Shown piece after piece: positions 29,293-40,500 of a stretch of DNA of 64,000 bases. A program made the translations under genes and the position numbers. Numbering within the stretch: the first letter of the stretch is position 1; the number at the start of each line of letters is the position of its first letter. The notes beneath the pieces are model-generated. The model was not told the origin of the DNA. It saw only the letters and a program-made list of their open reading frames with translations, and searched no databases. Location of the stretch: assembly GCF_054482595.1 (NCBI RefSeq), contig NZ_CM137008.1. One strand, written 5' to 3'.

Positions 29293-30712
29293 TCTTTTTC
29301 TCCTGCGCCTGATGTTTCTTAAACCAACTACGGAAACTCTCTCCGTCAGCTTCAGGAAGATCGCGTGCTTCCATCCAGTCGCTAATCGCGCCAAATTTGA
29401 GTGGAGTTTTGCCGCCATTGATAAACCAGCTTGCCGCATGAGCGCCGGCCATCATCCCGACTTTCCACAATCCTGGATGACTATTGGCATAAGCGAACAT
29501 TTTTATCGCCCGTTGCTCTGCTTTTGCGGTGATCCCTTTTTCAGCCATCACCCGACGATGACGCAAAATCAGTTTTGACAGCGGAATACGCACTGGACAC
29601 ACGTTGTCACAAGCTGTGCATAAAGAGCAGGCGTAGGGTAAATCTTTAAAATCTTTATAGCCGCCAAGTAGCGGAGAAATCACCGCACCAATTGGCCCTG
29701 GATAAATAGAGCCATATCCATGACCGCCAATATGGCGATATGCCGGACAAGTATTCATACAAGCCCCGCAGCGAATACAGCGCAGCACATCCCGAAATTC
29801 AGAGGCCAGCACCTCAGAACGCCCGTTATCGACAATAACCAGATGAAACTCTTCAGGACCATCAACGTGCCCCGCTTCGCGCGGTCCTGTCAGCCAGGTG
29901 TTGTATCCCGTCAAACGTGCACCAACGGCACTGCGCGCCAGCATGGTGATCAATACATCTACCTCGGCAAACGTGGGGGCAATACGCTCCATTCCCATCA
30001 CTGCAATATGCGTTTTAGGCAGCGTGGTACACATTCGCGCATTACCTTCATTGGTCACCAGGCATACCGAACCTGTCTCTGCCACCGCGAAATTACAGCC
30101 GGTAATACCTATTTCAGCACTGAGGAAATCTTCGCGGATTTTTTGCCGGATGAATAAGGTCATCGCTTCAGGCGTTTCCGGCCCCTCATAGCCCAGACGT
30201 TCGTGTAGCACTCGACGGATCTGATGGCGATCTTTATGAATTGCCGGGACCACAACATGAGATGGCGGATCTTGATCCAGCTGGAGAATATATTCACCCA
30301 GATCGGTTTCAATCACCTGAATGCCAGCATCCTGCAACACATGATTGACACCAATCTCTTCGGTCACCATCGATTTAGATTTCACCACCTTCCGGGCATT
30401 TTTGCGTTGGGCAACCTGTAAAATGTAGCGGGTAGCGTCTTCTTTGGTTTTTGCAAAATAGACGTGACCGCCGTTTTGCGTCACTTTTTCTGAGAGCTGG
30501 TACAGATAAGCGTCGAGATTACTCAGAACATGATCACGTATCTGGGCGGCCCGATCGCGCCACTCCTCCCAGTGCCCCAATTCATCGACCATTTTTTGCC
30601 GATTTGCCCCAATACGCTGCTGCGCGTTTGCCACCGCTTTGCGCATGATCGGATCTTCAATTTGCTGACGGATGCGTGTCTTAAAATCTGTATTACTGGT
30701 TTTGATCGACAT
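29285..30712 (-). CDS. ykgF: LutB-like iron-sulfur oxidoreductase, 475 aa
   Basis: Two ferredoxin-type cysteine clusters (CIRCGACMNTCPAY and CSLCTACDNVCPVRIP). Confidence 0.9.
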   Translation of the reverse strand: MSIKTSNTDFKTRIRQQIEDPIMRKAVANAQQRIGANRQKMVDELGHWEEWRDRAAQIRDHVLSNLDAYLYQLSEKVTQNGGHVYFAKTKEDATRYILQVAQRKNARKVVKSKSMVTEEIGVNHVLQDAGIQVIETDLGEYILQLDQDPPSHVVVPAIHKDRHQIRRVLHERLGYEGPETPEAMTLFIRQKIREDFLSAEIGITGCNFAVAETGSVCLVTNEGNARMCTTLPKTHIAVMGMERIAPTFAEVDVLITMLARSAVGARLTGYNTWLTGPREAGHVDGPEEFHLVIVDNGRSEVLASEFRDVLRCIRCGACMNTCPAYRHIGGHGYGSIYPGPIGAVISPLLGGYKDFKDLPYACSLCTACDNVCPVRIPLSKLILRHRRVMAEKGITAKAEQRAIKMFAYANSHPGLWKVGMMAGAHAASWFINGGKTPLKFGAISDWMEARDLPEADGESFRSWFKKHQAQEKKNG

Positions 30713-30722
30713 CTTTATATCC

Positions 30723-31442
30723 TCAGCGGCTCATCAACACTTCAGCAATATGCATCACTTTGACTTTCTGCCCTTCCCGTTGTAATCGCCCACTGATGTT
30801 CAGCAGGCAACTCACGTCAGCACCAATTAAATACTCAGGGCGGACTTCCATCAGGTGCGCAACCTTTTCTTTCACCATCTCGCCGGATATTTCGGCCATT
30901 TTGACCGAGAACGTGCCGCCAAATCCGCAGCAGGTATCCTGTTCAGCAAAGGTCAACAGCTCCAGTCCACGCACATTTTTCAGCAGCGTAAGTGGCTCGT
31001 CCTTCACCCCCAGCTTACGGGCCAGGCTACAAGATGGGTGATACACCGCTCTCCCTTGCAAACTGGCACCGACATCGACTACCCCTAATTTATTAACAAT
31101 AAAAGAGGTGAGATCCTGCATACGCGCGGCAACCTTTTCGGCTCGTGATGCCCATTCAGGTTCATCCGCCAGATACGTCGGGTAACTTTTTACGGCATAG
31201 GTGCAAGAGCCAGCTGGTGAAATAATGGGATCGTCGTTATCCTCCAGTGCGGCGATCAGATTTTTCATCCCTGGAATCGCTTCTTTGATATAACCACTAT
31301 TGATCGCAGGCTGACCGCAGCATCCCTGTTTCTCCGGGAAATTTACACGACAGCCGAGTTTTTCCAGTAGCAGCACGGAGTCTCGTGCCATTCTTGATTT
31401 CAGGGCGTCACCAATACAGGTGACAAAGAAATTGACATTCAC
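30723..31442 (-). CDS. ykgE: LutA-like cysteine-rich (CCG domain) oxidoreductase subunit, 239 aa
   Basis: Cysteine-rich motifs (CCGQPAINSGY, CCGFGGTFS) typical of LutA/GlcF-like proteins. Confidence 0.9.
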   Translation of the reverse strand: MNVNFFVTCIGDALKSRMARDSVLLLEKLGCRVNFPEKQGCCGQPAINSGYIKEAIPGMKNLIAALEDNDDPIISPAGSCTYAVKSYPTYLADEPEWASRAEKVAARMQDLTSFIVNKLGVVDVGASLQGRAVYHPSCSLARKLGVKDEPLTLLKNVRGLELLTFAEQDTCCGFGGTFSVKMAEISGEMVKEKVAHLMEVRPEYLIGADVSCLLNISGRLQREGQKVKVMHIAEVLMSR

Positions 31443-31970
31443 AACTAATACTCCATTACTTCATGCCCATTTATTCCCGATGGTTCCCCCCTTCCGGGGG
31501 ATCAATCATCAATAAATATGGCATTCTTTTTTAATTGGCTAGCAACATACCACCCCTCATTTGTATGACAAATGATAATCTTTCATCCAAACTTCAAATG
31601 CAATAACTAATTTTATTTCTTTCGGCATCGCTCACATTTTATGGGGAAATCGACGATCATTTTTGGCATAAGAAATCCATTTAAAAATGGCTACATCCCT
31701 TATACCTATTCAGAGCTACTTATTCAGGGGTTATTGAGATATACACTGATGGTGTACAAAAAAATCACCGACAATAATCACGTATCAAGTAATAGTCGGG
31801 ATTTTATTTAATTGAAGCAATTTAGTTTGCATTTTTATTTAAAAACTGAGCTAGAGTCCATCAGAAAAAAAATATATAAAGCCCAAACCACCGTTGGAAA
31901 TAGAAATAGTTGAAAGGCTCACAACTCCCGGAATGCGGATTATCTTTGCCCTGATTTCTGGCGGTTTTAT

Positions 31971-32825
31971 TCAGGGTGCAAGCTGTCTGACCCTTTCCCG
32001 ATATTCTCCCGGGGTACAACCAAACTCGCGAACAAACGCCTTGTGAAAAGATGATTCACTGGCATAGCCTACTGACTCAGCGATCACCACAACAGGGAGC
32101 ATTTCCCGGGAAAACATCTGGGCCGCTATTTGTAGACGCAACTTTGTTAATACAGCCAGCGGCGTGGTTCCGGAAACATCACGGAAAAGCTGGGCAAAAT
32201 TTGCCCGGGACATGTGGGCGATGCTGGCCAGCGATTCGACGGTCCAGGCGTGTCCTGGCATTTCCAGCATTTGCTGTATTACCGCACCAAGACGTGGATG
32301 CAGAAGCAAACTGAGAATGTTTTTCTCAGTATTAACCTGTGCAATCCACTCACGCACCGCGAGGGTAAAGAATGTAGCGCAGATCTGGCTACACAGAGCA
32401 TCCATTCCCGGCATTGCCGATCTGGATTCCTGTTGTAAAAACGGGATCGCCTCCCTCAGCCAGTTATATTCCACGCTGTGGTTAACCGGTGCTAAAAACA
32501 GCGTTTCCGGCAAAGACGTTAAAAAATAACGCGCCGAATGTTGCAACCGAAGAGTGCCGCAGACAATACAGGTCGATTCATTATCGACATGACTCAGGCG
32601 ATGAGCTGAATTTTGTGGTAGCAGGACCACATTTCCCGGGCGTAATGTAAAAATCTCTCCCGTCGGCATTTCCAGCTTCGCCGCTCCTTGCGTTAACGCA
32701 TGCCAACGAATAACCGATAATTCCCCGGCACCATGTGGAAGCTGCCAGTCACTTCCTAACACGCAATTCTTATCGATCGTTCCTTGTGGAGCGTTAAGCA
32801 TCAACAAACGGCTAAGGGCATCCAT
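31971..32825 (-). CDS. rclR: AraC-family redox-sensing activator of the reactive-chlorine response, 284 aa
   Basis: C-terminal AraC HTH; divergent from rclA; length matches RclR. Confidence 0.88.
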   Translation of the reverse strand: MDALSRLLMLNAPQGTIDKNCVLGSDWQLPHGAGELSVIRWHALTQGAAKLEMPTGEIFTLRPGNVVLLPQNSAHRLSHVDNESTCIVCGTLRLQHSARYFLTSLPETLFLAPVNHSVEYNWLREAIPFLQQESRSAMPGMDALCSQICATFFTLAVREWIAQVNTEKNILSLLLHPRLGAVIQQMLEMPGHAWTVESLASIAHMSRANFAQLFRDVSGTTPLAVLTKLRLQIAAQMFSREMLPVVVIAESVGYASESSFHKAFVREFGCTPGEYRERVRQLAP

Positions 32826-33050
32826 ATCAGACTCCTGAGTGGTTTTTGATTAGAAGCACCAACAATCTTAGTAAATAACTAATCTAATACCATCAAATAG
32901 TTAATCATGATTTTTGTTTTGTGATTCTGATTAAGAAAAAGAAAATACCAGACGATAAGACAAAATATCAAGCGTTGTGAAGAAATGTTATTTGCTCTTT
33001 TGCGTCTATAGTCATGATGTCAAATGAACACGTTTCGACAGGAAATCATC

Positions 33051-34376
33051 ATGAATAAATATCAGGCAGTGATTATTGGTTTTGGCAAGGCTGGAAAAAC
33101 ATTAGCCGTCACGCTGGCAAAAGCAGGTTGGCGAGTGGCTCTCATCGAACAATCAAATGCAATGTATGGCGGGACCTGTATTAATATCGGCTGCATCCCA
33201 ACCAAAACATTGGTTCATGACGCACAGCAGCACACAGATTTTGTCCGTGCCATACAGCGTAAAAATGAAGTGGTTAATTTTTTACGTAATAAGAATTTTC
33301 ATAATCTTGCAGATATGCCCAATATCGACGTGATCAACGGCCAGGCGGAGTTTATCAATAATCATAGCCTGCGTGTTCATCGGCCTGAGGGAAATCTGGA
33401 GATTCATGGCGAGAAAATTTTTATTAATACTGGTGCACAAACCGTGGTTCCGCCAATTCCTGGAATTACCACCACGCCTGGTGTATATGACAGCACCGGA
33501 TTACTTAATCTAAAAGAATTGCCTGGGCATTTAGGTATTTTGGGCGGCGGATATATTGGCGTTGAGTTCGCCTCTATGTTCGCTAATTTTGGCAGCAAGG
33601 TAACCATTTTAGAAGCAGCTTCGCTGTTTTTGCCTCGGGAAGAACGGGATATTGCTGATAATATCGCGATGATTTTACGCGATCAGGGCGTCGATATTAT
33701 CCTCAATGCCCATGTGGAGCGAATCAGTCACCATGAAAATCAAGTGCAAGTGCATAGCGAGCACGCCCAACTGGCGGTGGATGCACTGTTAATAGCTTCC
33801 GGTCGTCAACCGGCTACCGCTTCGTTACATCCAGAAAATGCCGGTATCGCAGTAAACGAGCGCGGGGCAATTGTCGTTGACAAGCGATTACATACCACCG
33901 CAGACAATATTTGGGCGATGGGAGATGTTACCGGCGGGCTGCAATTTACTTACATATCACTGGATGATTACCGCATTGTACGTGATGAGTTACTGGGTGA
34001 AGGCAAACGTAGTACTGATGATCGGAAAAATGTGCCTTATTCCGTATTTATGACACCGCCCCTGTCCAGGGTTGGTATGACAGAAGAACAAGCCAGAGAG
34101 AGTGGTGCTGATATTCAGGTGGTGACATTGCCTGTAGCTGCAATTCCGCGCGCCAGAGTGATGAACGATACCCGTGGGGTATTAAAAGCGATTGTTGATA
34201 ATAAAACCCAACGTATATTAGGGGCATCACTGCTGTGTGTTGACTCCCACGAGATGATTAATATAGTGAAAATGGTGATGGATGCCGGGCTGCCTTATAG
34301 CATATTACGCGATCAGATATTTACTCATCCGTCGATGAGCGAATCACTCAATGATCTATTTTCATTAGTCAAATAA
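33051..34376 (+). CDS. rclA: pyridine nucleotide-disulfide (flavin) oxidoreductase, 441 aa
   Basis: FAD-binding GFGKAG and redox-active CINIGCIPTK CxxxxC motif; conserved start MNKYQAVIIG (ORF begins 27 nt upstream). Confidence 0.9.
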   Translation: MNKYQAVIIGFGKAGKTLAVTLAKAGWRVALIEQSNAMYGGTCINIGCIPTKTLVHDAQQHTDFVRAIQRKNEVVNFLRNKNFHNLADMPNIDVINGQAEFINNHSLRVHRPEGNLEIHGEKIFINTGAQTVVPPIPGITTTPGVYDSTGLLNLKELPGHLGILGGGYIGVEFASMFANFGSKVTILEAASLFLPREERDIADNIAMILRDQGVDIILNAHVERISHHENQVQVHSEHAQLAVDALLIASGRQPATASLHPENAGIAVNERGAIVVDKRLHTTADNIWAMGDVTGGLQFTYISLDDYRIVRDELLGEGKRSTDDRKNVPYSVFMTPPLSRVGMTEEQARESGADIQVVTLPVAAIPRARVMNDTRGVLKAIVDNKTQRILGASLLCVDSHEMINIVKMVMDAGLPYSILRDQIFTHPSMSESLNDLFSLVK

Positions 34377-34484
34377 ACTCAAAATCAGACGCCAGAACAA
34401 ATATTCTGGCGTCTCAGAGAAAAGAATCTTATTAATTCCCTGTTACTCTATAACTTCTTAATCACTTCATTGATGGTATTTTAT

Positions 34485-34721
34485 ATGTTTAAAAAATCCG
34501 TTTTATTTGCAACACTATTATCTGGCGTTATGGCATTTTCCACCAATGCAGATGATAAAATAATTCTGAAACATATCAGCGTCTCGTCAGTATCAGCATC
34601 ACCGACAGTTCTGGAGGATGCCATTGCTGATATAGCCAGAAAATATAATGCTTCATCCTGGAAAGTCACATCGATGCGAATTGATAATAATTCAACCGCA
34701 ACAGCAGTATTGTATAAATAA
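34485..34721 (+). CDS. rclB: small secreted protein, 78 aa
   Basis: Signal peptide MFKKSVLFATLLSGVMAFSTNA; small size and position between rclA and rclC. Confidence 0.8.
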   Translation: MFKKSVLFATLLSGVMAFSTNADDKIILKHISVSSVSASPTVLEDAIADIARKYNASSWKVTSMRIDNNSTATAVLYK

Positions 34722-34732
34722 GGATGTTCACA

Positions 34733-35326
34733 ATGGAAAAATACCTGCACCTGTTAAGTCGGGGAGATAAAATTGGCCTGACATTGATTCGTCTGAGTAT
34801 TGCGATTGTTTTTATGTGGATTGGGTTATTAAAGTTTGTCCCTTACGAGGCAGACAGCATTACACCATTCGTCGCAAACAGTCCACTAATGTCGTTCTTT
34901 TATGAACACCCGGAAGACTATAAACAGTATCTGACTCACGAAGGCGAATACAAACCAGAAGCAAGGGCATGGCAATCGGCCAATAATACCTATGGTTTTT
35001 CCAACGGTCTTGGCGTCGTGGAGGTGATTATTGCTCTGCTGGTTTTGGCTAATCCTGTCAATCGCTGGTTAGGTTTATTGGGAGGGCTGATGGCATTTAC
35101 CACACCGTTGGTAACACTCTCATTTTTAATCACCACCCCGGAGGCATGGGTACCCGCATTGGGTGACGCTCATCATGGTTTCCCTTATTTATCCGGTGCT
35201 GGTCGCTTGGTATTGAAAGATACTCTGATGCTGGCAGGTGCTGTCATGATAATGGCAGATTCGGCGCGGGAAATTCTTAAACAACGCAGTAATGAATCCA
35301 GTTCAACGTTAAAAACTGAATATTGA
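34733..35326 (+). CDS. rclC: inner membrane protein, 197 aa
   Basis: Multiple hydrophobic helices; AGGA ribosome-binding site before the ATG at 34733. Confidence 0.85.
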   Translation: MEKYLHLLSRGDKIGLTLIRLSIAIVFMWIGLLKFVPYEADSITPFVANSPLMSFFYEHPEDYKQYLTHEGEYKPEARAWQSANNTYGFSNGLGVVEVIIALLVLANPVNRWLGLLGGLMAFTTPLVTLSFLITTPEAWVPALGDAHHGFPYLSGAGRLVLKDTLMLAGAVMIMADSAREILKQRSNESSSTLKTEY

Positions 35327-35468
35327 TAATCCGAACACTGTCTGTTGTTCACTTTTTCAGGCGTCAGGCCCCCTTTCTGATGATGAAGCCTGACGCCATA
35401 TTACCGGAGATATGACAGAGTGAAGATCAATATCACTCCCCTGTTAAAAGATTCTTGTCGTCTCAGGT

Positions 35469-35501
35469 AAAATACATGATTAATATCAATCATGTATTTT
35501 T
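35469..35501. terminator. AT-rich hairpin, possible bidirectional terminator between convergent rclC and the AKR gene
   Basis: 13-bp arms aaaatacatgatt/aatcatgtatttt with 6-nt loop; A/T runs at both ends; overlaps the AKR stop codon. Confidence 0.35.
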
Positions 35502-36370
35502 ACAGCAAGACAACCACGAACAAATTCAGGATTAAAATGTTTTACCGACTCCCCAACATAACCCAAATCAAGCGAACTAATTTGTGCCATTTCTTTCTCT
35601 GTCAGTGAGAAATCCCAGATAGCAAAATTTTCTTCGATACGCTGTTGATGTGTCGATTTCGGAATAACGACCACTCCCCGTTGAATATTCCAACGCAGAA
35701 TGACTTGAGAAATCGATTTTTGATGGGCATCTGCAATACTCTGAAGCAGATTATTTTCAAAGGGTTTATGTCGTCCACCACCTAACGGAGCCCATGCTTC
35801 AGGCTGCACGTTATAATACTTCATGGTTGCCAGCGCCTCTGGTTGGGCAAAATAGGGATGCAACTCGACCTGGTTGACCATCGGTTTAACTCTTACCGTT
35901 TCACAAAAGTTCGCCAGAACATGAGGATAGAAATTGGAAACCCCAATCGCTTTTAATTTGCCCTCTTCATAGGCATCTTCGAGTGCACGCCACGCACTGA
36001 AATAATCGCGCATAGCCTGATGCAATAAATAGAGGTCGAAGTATTCTAGTCCCGATTTTTTTAATGATGCTTCAATACCTGCTGCTGCCGTATCCTGATT
36101 CAACATATCCTGCACCCACAATTTAGACGTTAAAAATAACTCTTCTCGGGTACATAAACCTTCGGATATAGCTTCACGAACGGCTTCACCGACGGCATCT
36201 TCATTACCGTATACCGCTGCAGTGTCGATGAGTCGATACCCCGTGCGGATAGCGTTCAACACTGACTGTTTGCACACGTTTTTATCGGTAACCTGAAAAA
36301 CACCAAATCCCATCATCGGCATTTTCAGATTGTTACTTAATACGGAAAATTCCACTGTCAGTCCCTCCAT
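35486..36370 (-). CDS. aldo-keto reductase (DkgA/YtbE-like), 294 aa
   Basis: AKR motifs (GFGVFQ, IDTAAVYGNE, LWVQD, IGVSNF, IPKSTHQQRIEEN); lies where I recall K-12 carrying dehydrogenase pseudogene fragments (ykgP/ykgQ region). Confidence 0.85.
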   Translation of the reverse strand: MEGLTVEFSVLSNNLKMPMMGFGVFQVTDKNVCKQSVLNAIRTGYRLIDTAAVYGNEDAVGEAVREAISEGLCTREELFLTSKLWVQDMLNQDTAAAGIEASLKKSGLEYFDLYLLHQAMRDYFSAWRALEDAYEEGKLKAIGVSNFYPHVLANFCETVRVKPMVNQVELHPYFAQPEALATMKYYNVQPEAWAPLGGGRHKPFENNLLQSIADAHQKSISQVILRWNIQRGVVVIPKSTHQQRIEENFAIWDFSLTEKEMAQISSLDLGYVGESVKHFNPEFVRGCLAVKIHD

Positions 36371-36602
36371 TAGGCATGAACAATGAGTCTACGTTAAAAC
36401 GTAACCTCAAATTAGTATGTGGATTTTGATATCACTTATGCAAAAAATTCATTAATAATGTAGGACTGAAACCTCTCTATTTTCGGGGCAACGAAGCAGA
36501 CGCTACCAGTGCTTTTGCCTTGGGCCTTGCTGTTTTTGATACACTTAGGGCCCAGGGCATAACGAAAATGTGCGATATGACAAAGAATTAACGGAGAATG
36601 TG

Positions 36603-37454
36603 ATGATCAGGCAGAAGATTCTACAGCAGCTCCTGGAGTGGATTGAGTGCAATCTTGAGCACCCTATTTCAATCGAAGATATCGCACAGAAATCTGGCTA
36701 CAGCAGACGCAACATCCAGCTTCTGTTCCGAAATTTCATGCATGTGCCTTTGGGAGAATACATTCGCAAACGAAGGCTTTGTCGTGCCGCCATTCTTGTC
36801 CGGCTCACCGCGAAATCTATGCTTGATATTGCACTCTCTTTGCATTTTGATTCACAGCAATCATTCAGCCGCGAATTTAAAAAGTTATTCGGCTGCTCTC
36901 CCCGTGTATACCGCCACCGTGATTATTGGGATCTCGTAAATATCTTCCCTTCTTTTTTAATACGTCAACAGCAAAAGACGGAGTGTAGATTAGTCAACTT
37001 TCCTGAGACACCTATTTTTGGCAATTCATTTAAATATGATATTGAAGTGTCGAATAAATCACCGGATGAAGAAGTCAAACTGCGACGTCATCATTTAGCC
37101 AGATGTATGAATAATTTTAAGACGGATATCTATTTCGTCTCCACGTTTGAACCGTCAACAAAATCGGTCGATTTGCTCACGGTTGAAACTTTTGCTGGTA
37201 CGGTATGTGAATATGCTGACATGCCAAAAGAGTGGACAACGACCCGAGGACTTTATGCCTCTTTCCGTTATGAAGGAAACTGGGAAAATTATCCTGACTG
37301 GGTGCGTAACATCTATCTGATAGAGTTGCCTGCCAGGGGGTTAGCCAGAGTGAACGGCAGCGATATTGAGCGCTTTTATTACAATGAAGATTTCGTAGAA
37401 AAGGATGGCAATGATGTTGTTTGCGAAATTTTTATTCCCGTTCGTCCGATTTAG
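36603..37454 (+). CDS. ykgA: Rob-like AraC/XylS-family regulator with C-terminal GyrI-like effector domain, 283 aa (ORF begins at 36570)
   Basis: N-terminal dual HTH resembles Rob/MarA from the first residues (MIRQKILQQLLEWIECNLEHPISIEDIAQKSGYSRRNIQLLFR...); C-terminal ~170 aa GyrI-like. Confidence 0.8.
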   Translation: MIRQKILQQLLEWIECNLEHPISIEDIAQKSGYSRRNIQLLFRNFMHVPLGEYIRKRRLCRAAILVRLTAKSMLDIALSLHFDSQQSFSREFKKLFGCSPRVYRHRDYWDLVNIFPSFLIRQQQKTECRLVNFPETPIFGNSFKYDIEVSNKSPDEEVKLRRHHLARCMNNFKTDIYFVSTFEPSTKSVDLLTVETFAGTVCEYADMPKEWTTTRGLYASFRYEGNWENYPDWVRNIYLIELPARGLARVNGSDIERFYYNEDFVEKDGNDVVCEIFIPVRPI

Positions 37455-37574
37455 CTGTCGCTATGTCTAAATGAATTTATAACGAGACTACTGTCAGGAA
37501 ATTCAATAAATAATGGCGTTGAAGATGTCAACGCCATTATTGTTTATTAGAATGTTACTTTCATACTCTTAATA

Positions 37575-40500
37575 TTATTTCATCGCCTCCTCGCCCGTTG
37601 CCGTATTGGCATCCACCGCGGTAATGGTCACCGTCACTGGCTTCATTTCGTACCCGCCATAGGTCAGGGCGTTAAATGTGAATGTATAGACACCAGGCTT
37701 GCTGGTACTAAATGTACGCGTGATTTTTCCGCTCACGAAATGGTCATTTTTCGACGGCAGGAACTGATAATCCTCCTCCGTCACCCCTTCCGGCGTCTGA
37801 ATGTCGACCCACATATTCCCGCCAACGGGGTTATTTGCCGACATCAGGGTCACCTCCAGCTTCGCAGTCGATTTCCCATCCGCCACCAGAGATTGCATAT
37901 CAGATGATGCGGTGAGCACCGCGTTTTTATCATCCGCGACGAATTTAGATTCGGCAGTTTTCGTTGATACCTGACCGTTGGTCTGACTCACTTGCGCCGT
38001 GAGTTTATATGTCGCCGCAACAGTAGTGGTGGCGGTGAAAATAGCCTGCCCTTGCTCATTCGTTGTCGCAGTGCCATTCGGTTCCAGGTTTAACGAAGCC
38101 GGGCTGGCAGTTAGCGTCACGTCGCTATCTTTCACCAAATTGTTATTGGCATCAGTCACCGTAACTTTATACGTTTGTTTGGCTTTGCCGTCCGCCAGCG
38201 CATAGTTGCCCATCACCTCAATACCGGAGACGGTTGCGGTAGCCTTATCGGCTACAAACGTTATAGTCTGCGTATCCGAAGGCTGGCTATTCCCTGCCGA
38301 TGCCGTGATCTCATACGTTCCGGCAGTCACTGAAACCACCTGCAACTCGGCTTTCCCCTCATCGTTGGCTTTCACCCAGACATTATCGCCTGTAAGCGGC
38401 TTGACACCCCGGGGCAGATTAAAGGTCACCAGGCTCCCTGGAACAGGGTTACCATTTTTATCCTCAACGGTCGCCGTCAGCGTAAAGGCATCTTTGCCGT
38501 TTGCCACTTTTTGAACGGCGGTGTCTACCTGCAGGTTTGCCTGACCGGTGCTGGCATCCGCGTTGAATTTCACCGTGACCGTCTTCTGAGCACCATTCAC
38601 CGAAGCGGAAATATTGTGTTCTCCCGCAACCGTTGACATCAGCTCAATGTCCACTTTCCCTGCCGCATTGGTTGTTACTGTATTCCCCGTCTTGCTGGTC
38701 ACACCCTGCGGTAAAGTCAGCGTAACTTCTTGCCCCTGCAACGGGTTACCATAGCTGTCCACGACGGTCAGGGTTATCTGGTTCGCAGACTGTCCATTAG
38801 CCAGTTGGTTATTAAACTTCACTGTCATATCACGAATCTCAGCCTTAGATGCGTCACCTGCAACATTCAGCACCAGTGGCTGAGCAACGGCATTTTGGCC
38901 GTTCACTCGCGGCATCACAGACAACTGACCCGCGGCAGATCCCAGCGTTAAGGTCGACACGTAGACCCCATTACCTTTCTCTGTCCAGTTTCCTGCTGAA
39001 GGACGCTCACTCCCCGTGCTGGCGGCACCGCTAAACACTGGTGCATCTGGCTTCAGCCCGGTGACCGGGTTCCCGTACGCATCCTTCACGGTGAAGGTGA
39101 GTTCCGTCGTCGTTTTGACGGTCGGAGCCTTATTGTCCGCAACAAGCGTAGAGTTCGCTGATGACATCTCCCCGGCGATGACCGTCAACTGCGCGGCTTC
39201 GGTGGCTGCTGGCTGGCCGTTGAAGAGCGGCATGACGCGAAGCTCGCCCGTCTTTCCGCCTGTAGTCAACGTAGCAACATAGGAACCGTCACCTTTTTCG
39301 GTCCAACTGGAAACGGTCGCCCCTTCAGAGGCGGTCCCCGTCAAACTTGCCGACAACGCAAGACCACTGATAGCGTTGCCATGCGCATCTTTCGCCACCA
39401 GCGTCACGGTTGTGCTTTCGCCGGCTTTTACGTGGTCTTCTGCGACAGAGACTTTCGACTGGTTTGAAGATAACGCATCAGCCACCACGGTTACTTTTGC
39501 CGCATTTGCTGCCGCATTCTGTCCATTTAGCTTCGGCATAACTTCTAATTCACCCGCCGTAGAGCCGAGAGTAATCTGCGCAGTCCACGTCCCATCACCA
39601 TTATTTGTCCAGCCCGATGCCGTAGAACCTTCAGCAGCGGCACCCGCTAATGACGGCGCTTCCGGCGTGAGGCTGGTCACAGGGTTGTCATAGGCATCTT
39701 TTACCGTCCAGATTGCCGTAACTGTACCCCCAACCACCGGTTTATCAGGATTCAGGGTGATGGACGAATGTGCTGCATCAAGCGGCCCGGCAACAAACTT
39801 CAGCGTTTGTTGTAATGTGCCCAGCTGATACTGCTCGCTGAAAGCACGCACAACAACGTTTCCGGCACGGGTCGAAGAAACCGTGGCGCTGTAAACGCCT
39901 GGTTTTATTTCCGAAATGGCACCAACGGTTACACCATTAGTGTCTTGCGGAACAAATCGCAAGCGGCTGGCTTCTCCCGTCACCGGATTACCCTCGGAGT
40001 CCACCGCAGTCAACGTCAACGTATAGGCTTGCTGACCATCAGCAACCACGTCACCTGACGGCTCGTTAGCGCTCAGGGTGGAGTTTGCCACATCCATCAT
40101 CGTGGCCCGCAGTTCTGCAGTGACGGTTTTGCTCATGCCATCAACGCTAACAGTAATCGTTGCCTCACCTGACTGCGTTCCGGTAGTAAAGACAGACTGA
40201 TACACCCCTGCTTCAGTTTCGGTGAACTCACCCAGTGTTGGCTTTGCCTGTGATTTAGTGGCCTTCAGGGAACGAGTCACAATATTTCCAGCCGGTTTGA
40301 AAGTTAGTTCAGTCTTGATCTGATCTTTCATGCCCGTGACTGGCTGGCCCTCGGCGTCGCGCAGAGACAGCACCAGCGGTTTTTGCTCATTACCGTTAGC
40401 AAGCATTTGAATACGGCTCTGACCGTCAAGCGTTAACGCCGTGCGATCGGCGCTCATACCTGCTCCGGTAATGACCACCTCTGTCTGCACGCGTTTTGAG

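Noticed and set aside
31443..31970. Possible small RNA or terminator in the ykgE-rclR spacer (GC hairpin ccccccttccggggg at about 31485)
   Set aside because: The hairpin is not followed by a T-tract on either strand and lies in the ykgE 5' leader. The spacer is AT-rich promoter-like DNA with no further structure I can support.
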